Source: Malacoraja senta | Taxonomy: Eukaryota | Assembly (NCBI GenBank): GCA_038087875.1 | Contig: CM075993.1 | Location: 3,226,001-3,290,000, forward strand | DNA length: 64,000 nucleotides | Direction: 5' to 3' | In this document: positions 1 through 13,383 of the stretch, piece by piece | How the letters are laid out: every line of letters starts with the position of its first letter | Position numbering within the stretch: the first letter of the stretch is position 1 | Notes under the pieces: generated by a model | What the model was told of the DNA's origin: nothing | Seen by the model: only the letters and a program-made list of their open reading frames with translations | Database searches by the model: none | Translations under genes and position numbers: made by a program

Positions 1-452
1 AATCCTATGCTGCACTCCCTCAATAGCAAGAATGTCCTTCCTTAAATTTGGATACCAAAACTGCACCCAATACCCCAGGTGTGGTCTCACCAGGGTCATG
101 TACAACTGCAGAAGGGCCTCTTTGCTCCTATACTCAAATCCTCTCATTATGAAGGCCAACATGCCATTCGCTTTCTTCACTGCCTGCTGTACCTGCATGC
201 TTACTTTCATTGACTGATGAACAAGGACCCCCAGATCTCGTTGTACTTCCCCTTTTCCTAACCTGACACCATTCAGATAATAATCTGCCTTCCTGTTCTT
301 GCCACCAAAGTGGATAACCTCACACATTATACTGCATCTGCCCACTCACCCAACCTATCCAAGTCACCCTGCATCCTCATAGCATGCTCTGCACAGTTCA
401 CACTGCCACCCAGCTTTGTGGCACCTGCAAATTTGCTGATGTTACTTATAAT
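1..452 (-). mobile_element. CR1-clade LINE ORF2 fragment (degenerate)
   Basis: Minus-strand translation SNISKFA.ATKLGGSV..., similar to the RT ORF at 11.5-13.3 kb. Confidence 0.85.
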
Positions 453-455
453 TCC

Positions 456-802
456 TGGTCGAGGTTTCGGGTCGAGACCCTTCTTCAGACTGAGAGTCAG
501 GGGAGAGGGAAAGGAGAGAGATATAGACGGTGATGTAGAGAGATACAGAACAAATGAACGAAAGATATGCAAAAAAGTAATGATGACAAAGGGAACAGGC
601 CACTGTTAGCTGTGTGCTAGGTGAGAACGCCTACAGATAATGAGACTCAACGAGGCGACTCTGACGGTGGGGGAAGGATGGAGGGAAGGGGGGGGTGGTG
701 CAACAGTTACTTGCTCACCCTCCCCCTGGTCATAACAGGGACGGAGTCCCCTAAGTCATAAACCTTTCACCCCATCAGCCGTCGCATACAACACATAATT
801 CT
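456..802. mobile_element. Penelope-like fragments: 3'UTR on minus (456-713) abutting an ORF fragment on plus (717-802)
   Basis: Shared repeat with 32770-33095; plus piece reads PPGHNRDGVP..TFHPISRRIQHII (frameshifted), resembling the PLE RT-endonuclease linker. Confidence 0.6.
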
Positions 803-864
803 GCACTTTCTGTACCCCTTCCAACATGACAACATGGTGCCCAGAACTGAACGCAATATTCTAA

Positions 865-1094
865 AGGGCCTGTCCCACTTTCACGATCGAATTCACGACC
901 TTTTTTACTCGTGGACATTTTTCATCATGCTAGAAAAACGCCCCGACCTACTTGATGCCACGAGTACCTACGACTAGCATCACGGCCTGCTACGACCTAC
1001 CTACGACCTCCTCGTGACGACCATGCTGCGAGTATGAGTCAAGGGCAAACTCGGCAGAGGTCGTGAAATAGGTCGTGAAAGTGGGACAGGCCCT
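865..1094. mobile_element. PIF/Harbinger-like MITE, subfamily A
   Basis: TIR AGGGCCTGTCCCACTTTCACGA / TCGTGAAAGTGGGACAGGCCCT; TAA on both sides (862-864, 1095-1097); second copy at 49007. Confidence 0.85.
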
Positions 1095-1561
1095 TAAATT
1101 GACACAAAATGCTGGAGTAACTCAGCGGGACCAGCAGCGTTTCTGGAGAGAAGGAATGGGTGACGTTGTATCTCTAGACTGACTTCCTACACTTGTAGGC
1201 AATCGAGGCAGGTCGGTTCGGCTTGACTGAGCAAACTTACTTCGCCAAAGGGAGCCTCCAGGTGCTTGTTTACTGAAACCTGGGTGATCTCAAACATGCA
1301 GACAAAAAGATAATCTGCCATTTGGTACTTCTTTAAAGAATCTTTGTACCCTGAGGTGGGACCCCGTTTTAGGGGAGAGAGCAGGTTGGGAAAAGAGATT
1401 TTAAGCGGGCTCAATAAAACCATATTGATCGCACTGCATAAATATTTATAATAAACATATATATTTTTTAAAGACCTTGGTTTACAAAGGTAACTAAAGC
1501 TTCTCTGCTTGCTGACGCTATCTTTCTGACGGATTGATGATTGGCTCAAATTAGTCTTTGA

Positions 1562-1872
1562 CAGGTGGCACAGTGAAGCTGCTGCCTCACAGCGCCAGAG
1601 ACCTGGGTTCGATCCTGACCACGGGTGCTGTCTGTACAGGGTTTGCACGCTCTCCCTCTGTCCACGTGGGTTTTCACCGGGTGCTCTGGTTTCCCCCACC
1701 CCACATTCCAAAGACCTACAGGTTTATAGGTTAATTGCCCTCTGTAAATTGCCCCCAGTGCCCCAAGCACGCAAAACCGAGATAACTGGTGTGTGGTGAT
1801 CGCTGGTCGGCACGGACTCGGTGGGCCGATGGGCCTGTTTCCACAATGTGTCTCGAAACTCAACTAAAACTC
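1562..1872 (+). mobile_element. tRNA-derived V-SINE (HE1-like)
   Basis: A/B-box head (GGTGGCACAG..GGGTTCGATCC), central GGTGCTCTGGTTTCC domain, CR1-like tail GGGCCTGTTTCC. Confidence 0.8.
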
Positions 1873-1884
1873 TCAAGAACTTGG

Positions 1885-2185
1885 ATTCATTTCAAGAGTC
1901 AAGAGTGTTTTATTGTCATATGTCCCGGATGGGACAATGAAATTCTTACTTGCTGCAGCACAACAGAATATGTGAATATGTAAACATTGGACATAACGGG
2001 GGAAGAGAAAAACAAAGAAAAAGTTCAATAAATAACAAACATAGCGCAATAATAATATAGCCTTTTGCAGTTCAGAGCTCCGAGCTTATTCGTTGTTGTG
2101 TTTGATAGCCTGACGGCTGTGGGGAAGTAGCTGTTCCTGAACCTGGACGTTACAGTTTTCAGGCTCCTGTACCTTCTTCCTGGTG
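1885..2185 (-). mobile_element. Rex1/Babar-like LINE 3' end
   Basis: PGRRYRSLKTVTSRFRNSYFPTAVRL C-terminal ORF2 peptide plus AATAAA/(CTTGA)n tail; same family at 27265-27568, 43030-43570, 44330-44990, 47615-48028. Confidence 0.65.
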
Positions 2186-2860
2186 AAATCTGACCAGGAA
2201 CCAAAAATTCCAAACCTTGTTTGATGTCGCAAGTAAGCAGTGTTGTCAGATTTGTTCATACGCAGCCATTTATGGACACAATTATATGAATTCTACATGG
2301 AAATCCTAAACTGCAGGAGCAGATATAAAGGAGATAGCATTGCACAGGATGGGCCGAATGACCTCCTCCATCCTTTGAAGATTCCATATTGTCTTCCTTG
2401 TGAAAACACATTTCGTGTCTATAAATATCCATCATTTAAGGGCGGCAAAGTAGAGATGTTACCTCACAGCACCAGAGACCTTGGTTCAATCCTGACCTCA
2501 GGCGCTGTACAGAGTTTGTACATTGTCCCTATGACCGTGTGGGTTTGTTCCGGGTGCTCCGGTTTCCTCCCACATCCTAAAGACGTGCAGGTTTGTAGGT
2601 TAATTGGCCATTGTAAAATTACCCCTAACATGTAGGGAGTAGGATGACATGGAACAAGTATTCAGGTGATCGATGGTTGGCATGTACTCGGTGGGCCGAA
2701 GGACCTGTTTCCATGCTATATCTCTAAACTGAAATAACTAAACTAAATGGCTTTCATTTTATGCACAAACTGAATGGGATAAATGACTAGCAAGTCGCTG
2801 GAAGGTGCAAAGAACTTTGTCTGGCACTTTTACAAAAATAGCATCCACACACTGAGATTC

Positions 2861-3178
2861 TGTGGCGCAGCGGTAGAGTTGCTGCCTTACAACCAATGCA
2901 GCGCCGGAGACCCGGGTTCGATCCCGACTACGGGTGCTGTCTGTACGGAGTTTGCACGTTCTCCCCGTGACCTACGTGGGTTTTCTCCGAGATCTTCGGT
3001 TTCCTCCCACACTCCAAAGACGTACAGGTTTGTAGGTTAATTGGTTTGGTAAATGTTTAAAAAAATTGTCCCTAGTGGGTGTAGGATAGTATTAATGTGC
3101 GGGGATCGCTGGTAGGTGTGGACCTGGTGGGCTGAAGGGCCTGTTTCCGAGCTGTATCTCTAAACTGTATCTCTAAAA
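2861..3178 (+). mobile_element. tRNA-derived V-SINE (HE1-like)
   Basis: TGGCGCAGCGGTAGAG..GGGTTCGATCCC head, GTATCTCTAAA tail; another copy at 2441-2745. Confidence 0.85.
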
Positions 3179-4543
3179 TTATTGGAAATATCAGCATTGG
3201 TGATTCATCCCGAATTGTGCCAGCAATAGGTTACAGAGCAATTGATTTAGGATTAAGATGAGGAGAACTCTCGTCACTAAAGTGGGTGGAAACGCAGAGA
3301 CCAATACAGTTAAAGCAAAGAGAGATGGGTTTTTCTAGATACATCAAGGGATATGGGGAGAGCAAGAGAATATGGTGAAACAAGGAACTGCAGATGCTGG
3401 CATACCAAAGACACAGAGTGCTGGAGTAACTCAGCAGTTCAGGCAGCATCTCAGGAGAACATGGATAGGTGACGTCTTGGGTCAGGATCCTTCTTCAGAT
3501 GGAGAAGATCCTGAACTGAAGCATCACCGATCCATGTTCTCCTGAGATGCTGCCTGACCCGCTGAGTTACTCCAGTACTTCCCGCCTTCCCGCTGAGTAT
3601 TCCCTCTTGAATTCCCTCTTAAATTCCCTCCTATCACTAATGACTTCAAGAGAGTTCAAATTTGCCCTTAGGGCTAAAGGAATCAAGGGATATGGGGAGA
3701 AGGCAGGAACGGGGTACTGATTGGGGATGATCAGCCATGATCACATTGAATGGCGAATGCTGGCTGGAAGGGCCGAATGGCCTCCTCCTCCACCTATTGT
3801 CTATTGTCTTCCCAAGGGAATATGCTGTTGAGAGAGATTAACCACATAATCGCCTTTAAACTATTCACGAGACATCGCAAGGCAATGTCCCATGGTAGAG
3901 AAATAGGGACTGATAACCAAACACATCAAACAAGGGCTAAGCGTACAATTACATTAGCCCAGAGTCAACATAGAAAAAATAAAGGCTCTTTAGTCTTAGT
4001 GCATGCAGCATTTATCAGTTGATAAATGCATCAATGGTACAAATAAAATTAAATTAGTAAAATCTAATCACCACAAGAGATAAAGTGAGACTTAAATATC
4101 CAAGGACATTTAACTTTCAGAAGATAGGCTAACTGGAAGGAACTGCAGATGCTGGTTTAAACCGAAGATAGACATAAAATGGTGGAGTAACTCAGCGGGG
4201 CAGGCCTGGGTGATGCTTCGGGTCGAGACCCTTCTTCAGTCTAAAGAAGGGTGACTAAGAGTCAGGGGAAAGGGGAACGAGAGATATAGACGTCGAAGTA
4301 GGGAGATATAGAACAAATGAATGAAAGATGAGCAAAAAAGTAACGATGACAAAGGAAACAGGCCATCGTTAGCTGTTTGCTAGGTGAGAACGAGAAGCTG
4401 GTGTGGCTTGGGTGGGGAAGGGATGGAGGGAGAGGGAATGCTGGGGCTACTTGAAGTTAGAAAAACCAATATTCATACCACTGGGATGTAAGAAATTTAG
4501 CTTTGATTAAAAAAAGGATGGAATAACGTCTGCAGTAAAAATG

Positions 4544-4669
4544 GGGTGGTAGATTGCAACCTTCACGTGGTCCGCCCTGTTTCAACTAATGCAATCAACT
4601 CGACATGCACAAACGGAAGATCAAAGTTGTACTACAACTTTAGGCTGTGCACGCCACACGAAAGAAGAA
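4544..4669 (+). mobile_element. Short non-autonomous retroelement with (GAA)n tail
   Basis: 12-bp TSD GCAGTAAAAATG (4532-4543, 4670-4681); second copy ~31733-31870. Confidence 0.7.
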
Positions 4670-6779
4670 GCAGTAAAAATGAGGAAAAACACCAAAAAAT
4701 CAGGGACAAAAGACATGGAGGGGATATCAGACTGGAGTGGGAATGTAGAATATAGTATAAATTAATATATTTTTATTTCCGTTTAATTTATTGTCACAGT
4801 GAAAAGCTTGTTTGTTGCGAGCTATCCAGTCAGCGGAAAGACAATACATGATTACAATCAAGCCGTCCACAGTGTACAGATACAGGATAACGGGAATAAC
4901 ATTTAGTGCTAGATAACGTCCAGTAAAGTCTGAATAAAAGATAGTTCGAGGGTTTCCAGTGAGGTAGAACTCGGAGACAAGTTACAATCATCACGCAGGG
5001 TTTTAATCCAGGTACAATTTGTGCAAACAACGTTATTACTAATAAAGGACATACTTTACAGATTACACCCCAGTGGTATGAACATTGACTTCTCTAATTT
5101 CAGGTAGTCCCTGTTTTCTCCTCCCCTTCCCAGCTCTCCCTCAGCCCACTGTCTGCACTTCCTTTCTTCTTCCCGCATCCCCAACCCCCACATCAGTCTG
5201 AAGAAGGGTCTCGACCCAAAACGTCACCTATTCCTTCGCTCCATAGATGCTGCCTCACCCGCTGAGTTTCTCCAGCATTTTTGTCTACCAAGGCCATACT
5301 CATGATCACATTGAATGGCGGTGCTGGCTCAAAGGGCCGAATGGCCTACTCCTGCACCTATTGTCTATTGTCATGTCCAAAAGATATTTTTCTCGATCTT
5401 TATACAGAGAATGTGTTAGTTATAATATGGGGGTTAAACGAGTGATTATAATAATTTTATAGAAAGATAGAAAATGAATTGGTCAATATGAAACTAAGGT
5501 ATTAAATCTAAATAATAGAAACCACAAAAGCCTTAATGTTATGACAGGCACAAAAAACATATTAAAAGGCATGGAAATAAATGAGCAGTGGTTAACATGT
5601 AAATATTCGGTGCCTCATTTAAGGCAAGATTTATTATTTTCGACTAAAGAAAGTCCAATGGTCAAACACAGTCCATGCAAAGCTATCAAAATAAAGGTTA
5701 GTCCAGAGTTACAGTGGGGAAACAGGCCCTTCGGCCCACCGAGTCCGCTCCGACCAGCTGGCGAGAAGGAATGGGTGACGTTGAAGGGTCTCGACCCGAC
5801 ACGTCACCCGTTCCTTCTCTCCAGAGATGCTGCCAGTCCCGCTGAGCTACTCGCTTTTTGTGTCTATCGTAGCGGCGACAGAGGGGGGTTCGGGAGGACA
5901 ACGGAGGAGGATGACTGAATTTTGGAGCCTTCCCTCACAGTGGGAAACTTTGATCCCGCTGTGTGGGGATGCCTGTGTAAAAGACTATCGTGTTCTGCGC
6001 TCGTTATTATTCATATGGCTGTATGGCGACCACACATTTCACTGTACCAATTGGTACATGTGACAAGTGAATGTATCTTGTATCTTCTGTCTATCTTCGT
6101 TTTACAAATGTGAGTTGATTATTTTTGTACAGTTTTGTACAGTTTTTTTTCTTTTTTTTTTTCTATGGATGTACGGAAACTTAATTATTTTTTTCTAAGT
6201 AAAGCACTTTGGTTTCAACGCGAGTCGATTTAAACGTGCTATATAAATAAAATTTACTTACTTACTTACTATTAGTTGTGCAGAAATTATTGACACAATC
6301 TTCACCTGGCAGGTTCCCTGTTTTATTAAAGATTTATAAGCACATTCACCTGACCTACCGAACACCCCTGTAGTGTACGTCATTGAAAGTAACAGGGTAT
6401 ATAAATGTTCTAAATGTATTTTTTTTAATTATCCACTGTACTGCTCTGCGCCAATGCCATCCATACATTTATTGCAGAAAATGGATCAGCTAATGTAAAA
6501 ATCCACATTTAACAAATGAATCTTGGTTTTTTTTAAATCCCCCGAGCTCAGAACAACATGGAGGTCCCAACATGGGATTAGCGTAATATTTCTGTAAATT
6601 AAAAAATGATAATAAGGAACAGATCTCGCACGGAGCAAGCATATCGTAATGTATAAAGGAGGACAGCAAATAGTCGACAGATAACGTAGCTACTAAAAGT
6701 GGCCAGCAATTAAATAATTCGCCAATTGTCTTGAGAAGGCACATTTGCTTGGACCTGGTTTAACTGTCTGCTGGGCTTA

Positions 6780-7088
6780 GTTGAGTTAAGAGATACAGCG
6801 CGGAAACTGGCCCTTCGGCCTACCGAGTCCGGGCAGACCAGCGATGTCCCGCACACTAACACTATCCTACACACGCTACAGACAATTTACAATCTTCACC
6901 TAGCCAAGTAACCTGCAAACCTGTACGTCTTTGGAGTGTGGGAGGAAACCGGATATTCCGGAGAAAACCCACGCACGCGGGTCACAGGGAGAACGTACAA
7001 ACTCCGTACGGACAGCGCCCGTAGTCGGGATCGAACCCGGGCCTCGGGCACTGTAAGGCAGCAACTCTACCTCAGCGCCACCGTGCTG
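6780..7088 (-). mobile_element. tRNA-derived V-SINE (HE1-like)
   Basis: Reverse complement of the SINE consensus, full length. Confidence 0.8.
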
Positions 7089-8778
7089 TTCTCGCTCGCT
7101 GTGCTGGACTCTTTAGTGTTGAGAAATGATCTCGTTAAGTCAGGGGGAGATGAAGCTTGCAACCAGGCCCTTTGGCTTACTGAGAATGTCCTTTTTTTTT
7201 TACATTAACCCTACCCTTACGCTTTATAATTCATAAATTCACAGAATCTACACACCAGGGGCAGTTCACAGTGGTCAAGTAACGCACCAATATTGTGGTG
7301 TTGCGGGAGGAAACCAGAGCACCCAGAGGAAACCCACGAGGTCCCAGAGAGAATGTGTAGGAAGGAACACTGCAGATGCTGGTTTAAACCCAAGATAGAC
7401 ACAAATAGCTGCAGTAACTCTGCGGGTCAGACAGTATCTCTGGAGAAAGGGTCGCCTATTCCTTTTCTCCAGCGATACTGTCTGACCCACTGAGCTACTC
7501 TGGGTCACAGAGAGAACATGCAAACTCCCAGCAGACAGCGCCTGGGTCTAAGAATCAACCTTCTCATTGACATGTGTGAGGAGGCACAAGGAACTGCAGA
7601 TGCTGGAATCTTGAGCAAAAGATAAAGTGCAGGAGGAAACAATGAAAATAGGTGCAGGAGTAGGCCATTCGGCCCTTCGAACCAGCACCGCCGTTCAATA
7701 TGAACATGGCTGATCATCCATAATCAGTGTCCCGTTCCTGCTTTTTCACCAACTCAGCGGGTCAGGCAGCATCCATGGATGGAAGCGACGACATTACGTC
7801 TATGGACCTTTCTTCAAACCTATTCTTCCTGGGCTTGGTAGGGTATGTGGGGGTGTTTACAAGTTTTTCTTTGACACATTCCTTGAAGAAGGAATTGAGG
7901 AGATGAAGAGGAATTTCTTTAGTCAGAGGGTGGTGAATCTGTGGAATTCATTGCCATAGAAGGCCAACTCAAAGGGTGGTGGGTGTATGGAACAAGCTGC
8001 CAGAGGCGGTAGTTGAGGCAGGGACTATCCCAACGTTTAAGAGACAGTTAGATTGGTACATGGATAGGACAGGTTTGGAAGGATATGGGCCAAATGCAGG
8101 CAGGTGGGACTAGTGTAGCTGGGACATAGAAACATAGAAAATAGGTGCAGGCGGAGGCCATTCGGCCCTTCGAGCCAGCACCGCCATTCATTGTGATCAT
8201 GGGGCCCCAATCAATAACCCGTGCCTGCCTTCTCCCCATATCCCTTGATTCCACTAGAAACATAGAAAATAGGACATGTTGGATTGGTTCACACATTCTG
8301 CGGAGGACGACTTGCTGACTATATAGTGGCACTCTAATATCTGAGACAATTCTGCCCTCTTCTGCACCAACAGACAAATAACAGCCTTAACTTCACAACA
8401 AACTTTTGTCAGAGTTGTACATCAGTTCATTGCAACTGAAGAAGGGTCTCGACCCGAAATGTCGCCTATTCCTTTGCTCCATAGATGCTGCCTGTCCCGC
8501 TGAGTTCCTCCAGCATTTTTGTCTACCTGCAAGGAACCTGACGATTATTTAGCATAAATTCCCCTCGCAATATACACCTGCAGCGATGGTTCATTCCATA
8601 TCACGGGAGGGGCCCCGCCGGGGTCAAAGAGTGAGGGCAAAGGAGTAGAAGCAGTGCGCAGAATGTGGTTCTCAGCCCTATATTCTGCACTCAGTGGGAC
8701 AGGCAGCATCTCTGGAGAGAGGGAATGGGTGACGTTTCAGGTCGAGACCTTTCTTCAGACGTCTGACTCTTCTTAAGT

Positions 8779-8806
8779 CTGAAGAAGGGTCTCGACCCGA
8801 AACGTC
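8779..8806 (+). ncRNA. Minimal type I hammerhead-ribozyme-like motif in PLE repeat (representative copy)
   Basis: CTGAAGA-A-GGGT(CTCG)ACCC-GAAAC-GTC. Confidence 0.55.
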
Positions 8807-10395
8807 GCCCATTCCTTCTCTCCAGAGATGCTGCCTGTCCCGCTGAGTCGCTCCAGCATTTTGTGCCAGTCTTTGGTTTAAACCAGCATCTGCAGTTCCT
8901 TCCTACACATATTCTGCACTCTGTACGTTTCCTTTGGCGGGAAAGCATACTTGAAGATCAAGACTACAGGAATGTAAATTGCCTTTGGTAAAAATTGTCC
9001 TTAGTGTGTAGGATAGTGTATGTGTATGGGATAGCTGGTCGGCATGGGCTCATTGGGCAGAGGACCCTGCATTTTGCATTGTATCTCTCTCTCTCTCTCT
9101 CTCAAGTACAAAAGTGGAGCAAAGAGAAAGATAGTGAGTGCAGAATAGAGTTCTCAACATTGTAGTGAAGTAGTTTCAGAAGAAAAAGTCCAATGTCTGT
9201 AATCAGGTAGGTTGGAGATTCGGGTCAGTGGCCAAGCTGAAAATGTACAGGAAGGAACTGCAGATGCTGGTTTACACCGAAGACAGACACAAAATGCTGG
9301 AGGAGCTCAGCGGGACAGGCAGCATTTCTGGCTCGAAGGAATGGGTGACGTTTTGGGTCGAGACCCTTCTCAAGATTGAGAGTCAGGGGAGAGGGAAGAG
9401 AGATATGAAAGGGTACGGTGTGGAAAACAAAAGATCAAAGGGGACAAAGTTGAGGAAAATGTAGAATAGGTCATAGATCAAGAGGGCATGCAATGTAAAA
9501 TTTAATCAGGACATTCAAGCTGGTCGGAGAATGAGGATGGGGAATGGGCGGAGAGAGAGGGAAAGCAAGGGTTACTTGAAGATAGAGAAGTCAATATTCA
9601 CACCGAAATGCTGGAGTAACTCAGCGGGACAGGCAGCATCTCTGGAGAGAAGGAATGGGTGACGTTTCGGGTCGAGACCCTTCTTCAGTCGGGGAAAAGG
9701 AAACGAGAGACACAGACGGGGATGTAGAGAGAGATGGGGAACAAATGAATGAAAAATATGCAACAACAAAAAAAAGATTATAATTTTTTTTGAATATATT
9801 TCATTCATTTGTTCTATATCCCTCGACAGACCTGTCTGTGTCCCTCGTTTCCATCATAGGCTGTTTGCTAGGTGAGAATATTCGTACGACTGAGTTGTAA
9901 GTCGTCCAAGGGAAATATGTGGCGCCGTTCCTCGATGCTGTACCTCCAAACTAAACTAACTTAGGCCAAAGTTACAGAGCATGGCAGTGCTGTCTTTGTA
10001 CGCTCTGATCACTCTGAGCATGTCCTGGTGCGTTCTCTGTACCCGGCACAGTTGCAGATGTTGCTGAGGCAGGTGGAAGATGCAGAGATGTGCAAACAAC
10101 CGCTTGACTAATGAGATGCCTTTACTGGGATGAGCGGTGATTTGTATCGGAATGATTCATTCAATTGGCATCCTTAAACACACACTGGGCTTGGAAGCTT
10201 ACAATATCAGCTCATCTGCCTGGTGTCGGTCTCCAATTCATTTTTACATTAGAGGCAGCGCATGTGCAATGACAATGGTATCCATCTTATTCATTACAGG
10301 AAAAACACTACACATACTATACAACCTTGTAGATAGACGCAAAATGCTGGAGTAACTCAGCGGGTCAGGCGGCATCTCTGGATAAAGGAATATCA

Positions 10396-11078
10396 GAAAT
10401 GCAGGTACAGCAGGCAGTGAAGAAAGCGAATGGCATGTTGGCCTTTATAACAAGAGTCGTCGAGTATAGGAGGAAAGAGGTCCTTCTGCAGTTGTACAGG
10501 GCCCTAGTGAGACCACACCTGGAGTATTGTGTGCAGTTTTGGTCCCCTAATTTGAGGAATGACATTCTTGCTATTGAGGGAGTGCAGCGTAGGTTTACAA
10601 GGTTAATTCCCGGGATGGCGGGACTGTCATATGATGAGAGAATGGAGCAGCTGGGCTTGTATACTCTGGAGTTTAGAAGGATGAGAGGGGATCTTAATGA
10701 GACATATAAGATTGCTAAGGGTTTGGACACGCTAGAGGCAGGAAACATGTTCCCGATGTTGGGGGAGTCCAGAACCAGGGGCCACAGTTTAAGAATAAGG
10801 GGGTAAACCATTTAGAACGGAGATGAGAAAACACTTTTTCTCACAGAGAGTTGCGAGTCTGTGGAATTCTCTGCCTCAGAGGGCGGTGGAGTCCGGTTCT
10901 CTGGATACTTTCAAGAGAGAGCTAGATAGGGCTCTTAAAGATAGCGGAGTCAGGGTATATGGAGAGAAGGCAGGAACGGGGTACTGATTGGGGATGATCA
11001 GCCATGATCACATTGAATGGCGGTGCTGGTTCAAAGGGCCGAATGGCCTACTCCTGCACCTATTGTCTATTGTCTATT
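10396..11078 (+). mobile_element. 5'-truncated CR1 LINE (subfamily with CTATTGT tail repeats)
   Basis: ORF 10399-10806 is the CR1 ORF2 C-terminal region (LVRPHLEYCVQFWSP), followed by 3'UTR hairpin GGTGCTGG..CCTGCACC and (CTATTGT)n. Confidence 0.92.
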
Positions 11079-11556
11079 GACAGTGTGAGATGGGAAAGGT
11101 TTGAGTCTGAAGAAGGGTCTCAACCCTGAAACATCCTTCTCTCCAGAGATGCTGTCTGGCCCGCTGAGTTACTCTGGCTTTTTGTGTCTATCGAAGGTTT
11201 AATAGGATCCCGAGGGCCATTTTATTTCCACAAAGAATGTCTTTTTTTTACATTAACCCTAATGGGTATATGAACCGAGCTGCCAGAGGAGGTCATTGCG
11301 ACTTCAAAATGCATGAACACAAAAATCCCTAAAATTTGAAGGCATCCAAATGAACACTAGAGGGCCTCAACGCTACACACTTCAGATGTTAATTTTCCAA
11401 TTCAAAGTTAGAAAAGCTTGGAAGTCTTATAATGAGATTGCAATTCTTAAAGAACGAGGTGAGTAAGCAATCCTTACTTAGCCGCAGCGCCCTATTGCCG
11501 CCCATTTTGCGTGATCAATTGAAATATAGAGCATGGAAACATGCCCTTCGGCCCAT

Positions 11557-13383
11557 GAAGAGAGATTAGTTAAAACAAATGTAGGTCCCTTGCAGTCAGA
11601 AACAGGTGAATTGATCATGGGGAACAAGAATATGGCGGACCAGTTGAACAACTACTTTGGTTCAGTCTTCACTAAGGAAGACATAAATAATCTGCCGGAA
11701 ATAGCAGGGGGCCGCGGGTCAAAGGAGATGGAGGAACTGAGTGAAATCCAGGTTAGTCGGGAAGTGGTGTTGGGTAAATTGAATGGATTAAAGGCCGATA
11801 AATCACCAGGGCCAGATAGGCTGCATCCCAGAGTACTTAAGGAAGTAGCTCCAGAAATAGTGGATGCATTAGTGATAATTTTTCAAAACTCTTTAGATTC
11901 TGGAGTAGTTCCTGAGGATTGGAGGGTAGCAAACGTAACCCCACTTTTTAAGAAGGGAGGGAGAGAGAAAACGGGGAATTACAGACCAGTTAGTCTAACA
12001 TCGGTAGTGGGGAAACTGCTAGAGTCAGTTATTAAAGATGGGATAGCAGCACATTTGGAAAGTGGTGAAATCATTGGACAAAGTCAGCATGGATTTACGA
12101 AAGGTAAATCGTGTCTGACGAATCTTATAGAATTTTTCGAGGATGTAACTAGTAGAGTGGATAGGGGAGAACCAGTGGATGTGTTGTATCTGGACTTTCA
12201 GAAGGCTTTCGACAAGGTACCACATAAGAGATTAGGATACAAACTTAAATCACACGGTATTGGGGGTTCAGTAGTGATGTGGATAGAGAACTGGCTGGCA
12301 AACAGGAAGCAAAGAGTAGGAGTAAACGGGTCCTTTTCACAATGGCAGGCAGTGACTAGTGGGGTACCGCAAGGCTCAGTGCTGGGACCCCAGCTATTTA
12401 CAATTTATATTAATGATCTGGACGATGGAATTGAAAGCAACATCTCCAAGTTTGCGGATGACACTAAGCTGGGGGGCAGTGTTAGCTGTGAGGAGAATGC
12501 TAGGAGACTGCAAGGTGACTTGGATAGGCTGGGTGAGTGGGCAAATGTTTGGCAGATGCAGTATAATGTGGATAAATGTGAGATTATCCACTTTGGTGGC
12601 AAAAACGGGAAGGCAGACTATTATCTAAATGGTGGCCGATTAGGAAATGGGGAGATGCAGCGAGACCTGGGTGTCATGGTACACCAGTCATTGAAAGTAG
12701 GCATGCAGGTGCAGCAGGCAGTGAAGAAAGCGAATGGTATGTTGGCCTTCATAGCAAGAGGATTTGAGTATAGGAGCAGGGAGGTTCTACTGCAGTTGTA
12801 CAGGGTCTTGGTGAGACCACACCTGGAGTATTGCGTACAGTTTTGGTCTCCAAATCTGAGGAAGGACATTATAGCCATAGAGGGAGTGCAGAGAAGGTTC
12901 ACCAGACTGATTCCTGGGATGTCAGGACTTTCATATGAAGAAAGACTGGATAGACTTGGCTTATACTCGCTAGAATTTAGGAGATTGAGAGGGGATCTTA
13001 TAGAAACGTACAAATTTCTTATGGGGTTGGACAGGCTAGATGCAGGAAGATTGTTCCCGATGTTGGGGAAGTCCAGGACAAGGGGTCACAGCTTAAGGAT
13101 AAGGGGGAAATCCTTTAAGACCGAGATGAGGAAAAACTTTTTCACACAGAGAGTGGTGAATCTCTGGAACTCTCTGCTACAGAGGGTAGTTGAGGCCAGT
13201 TCATTGGCTATATTTAAGAGGGAGTTAGATGTGGCCCTTGTGGCTAAAGAGATCAGGGGGTATGGAGAGAAGGCAGGTACGGGATACTGAGTTGGATGAT
13301 CAGCCATGATCATATTGAATGGCGGTGCAGGCTCGAAGGGCCGAATGGCTTACTCCTGCACCTATTTTCTATGTATCTATGTA
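11557..13383 (+). mobile_element. Young 5'-truncated CR1 LINE (HER1-like) with uninterrupted RT domain (ORF to 13290)
   Basis: RT motifs KSPGPD, NYRPVSLTS, DFQKAFDKV, GVPQGSVLGP, KFADDTKL; endonuclease absent; 3'UTR ends in TCTATGT repeats; nested inside a minus-strand SINE. Confidence 0.97.

Noticed and set aside
8690..8910. Hairpin repeats as pre-miRNAs or classical MITEs
   Set aside because: Arms derive from the PLE 3' region, vary in length and fold point, and have variable long TSDs
11533..11556. ATG start of a 585-aa cellular gene
   Set aside because: The first residues come from the flanking SINE; the rest is a truncated CR1 ORF2 lacking the endonuclease
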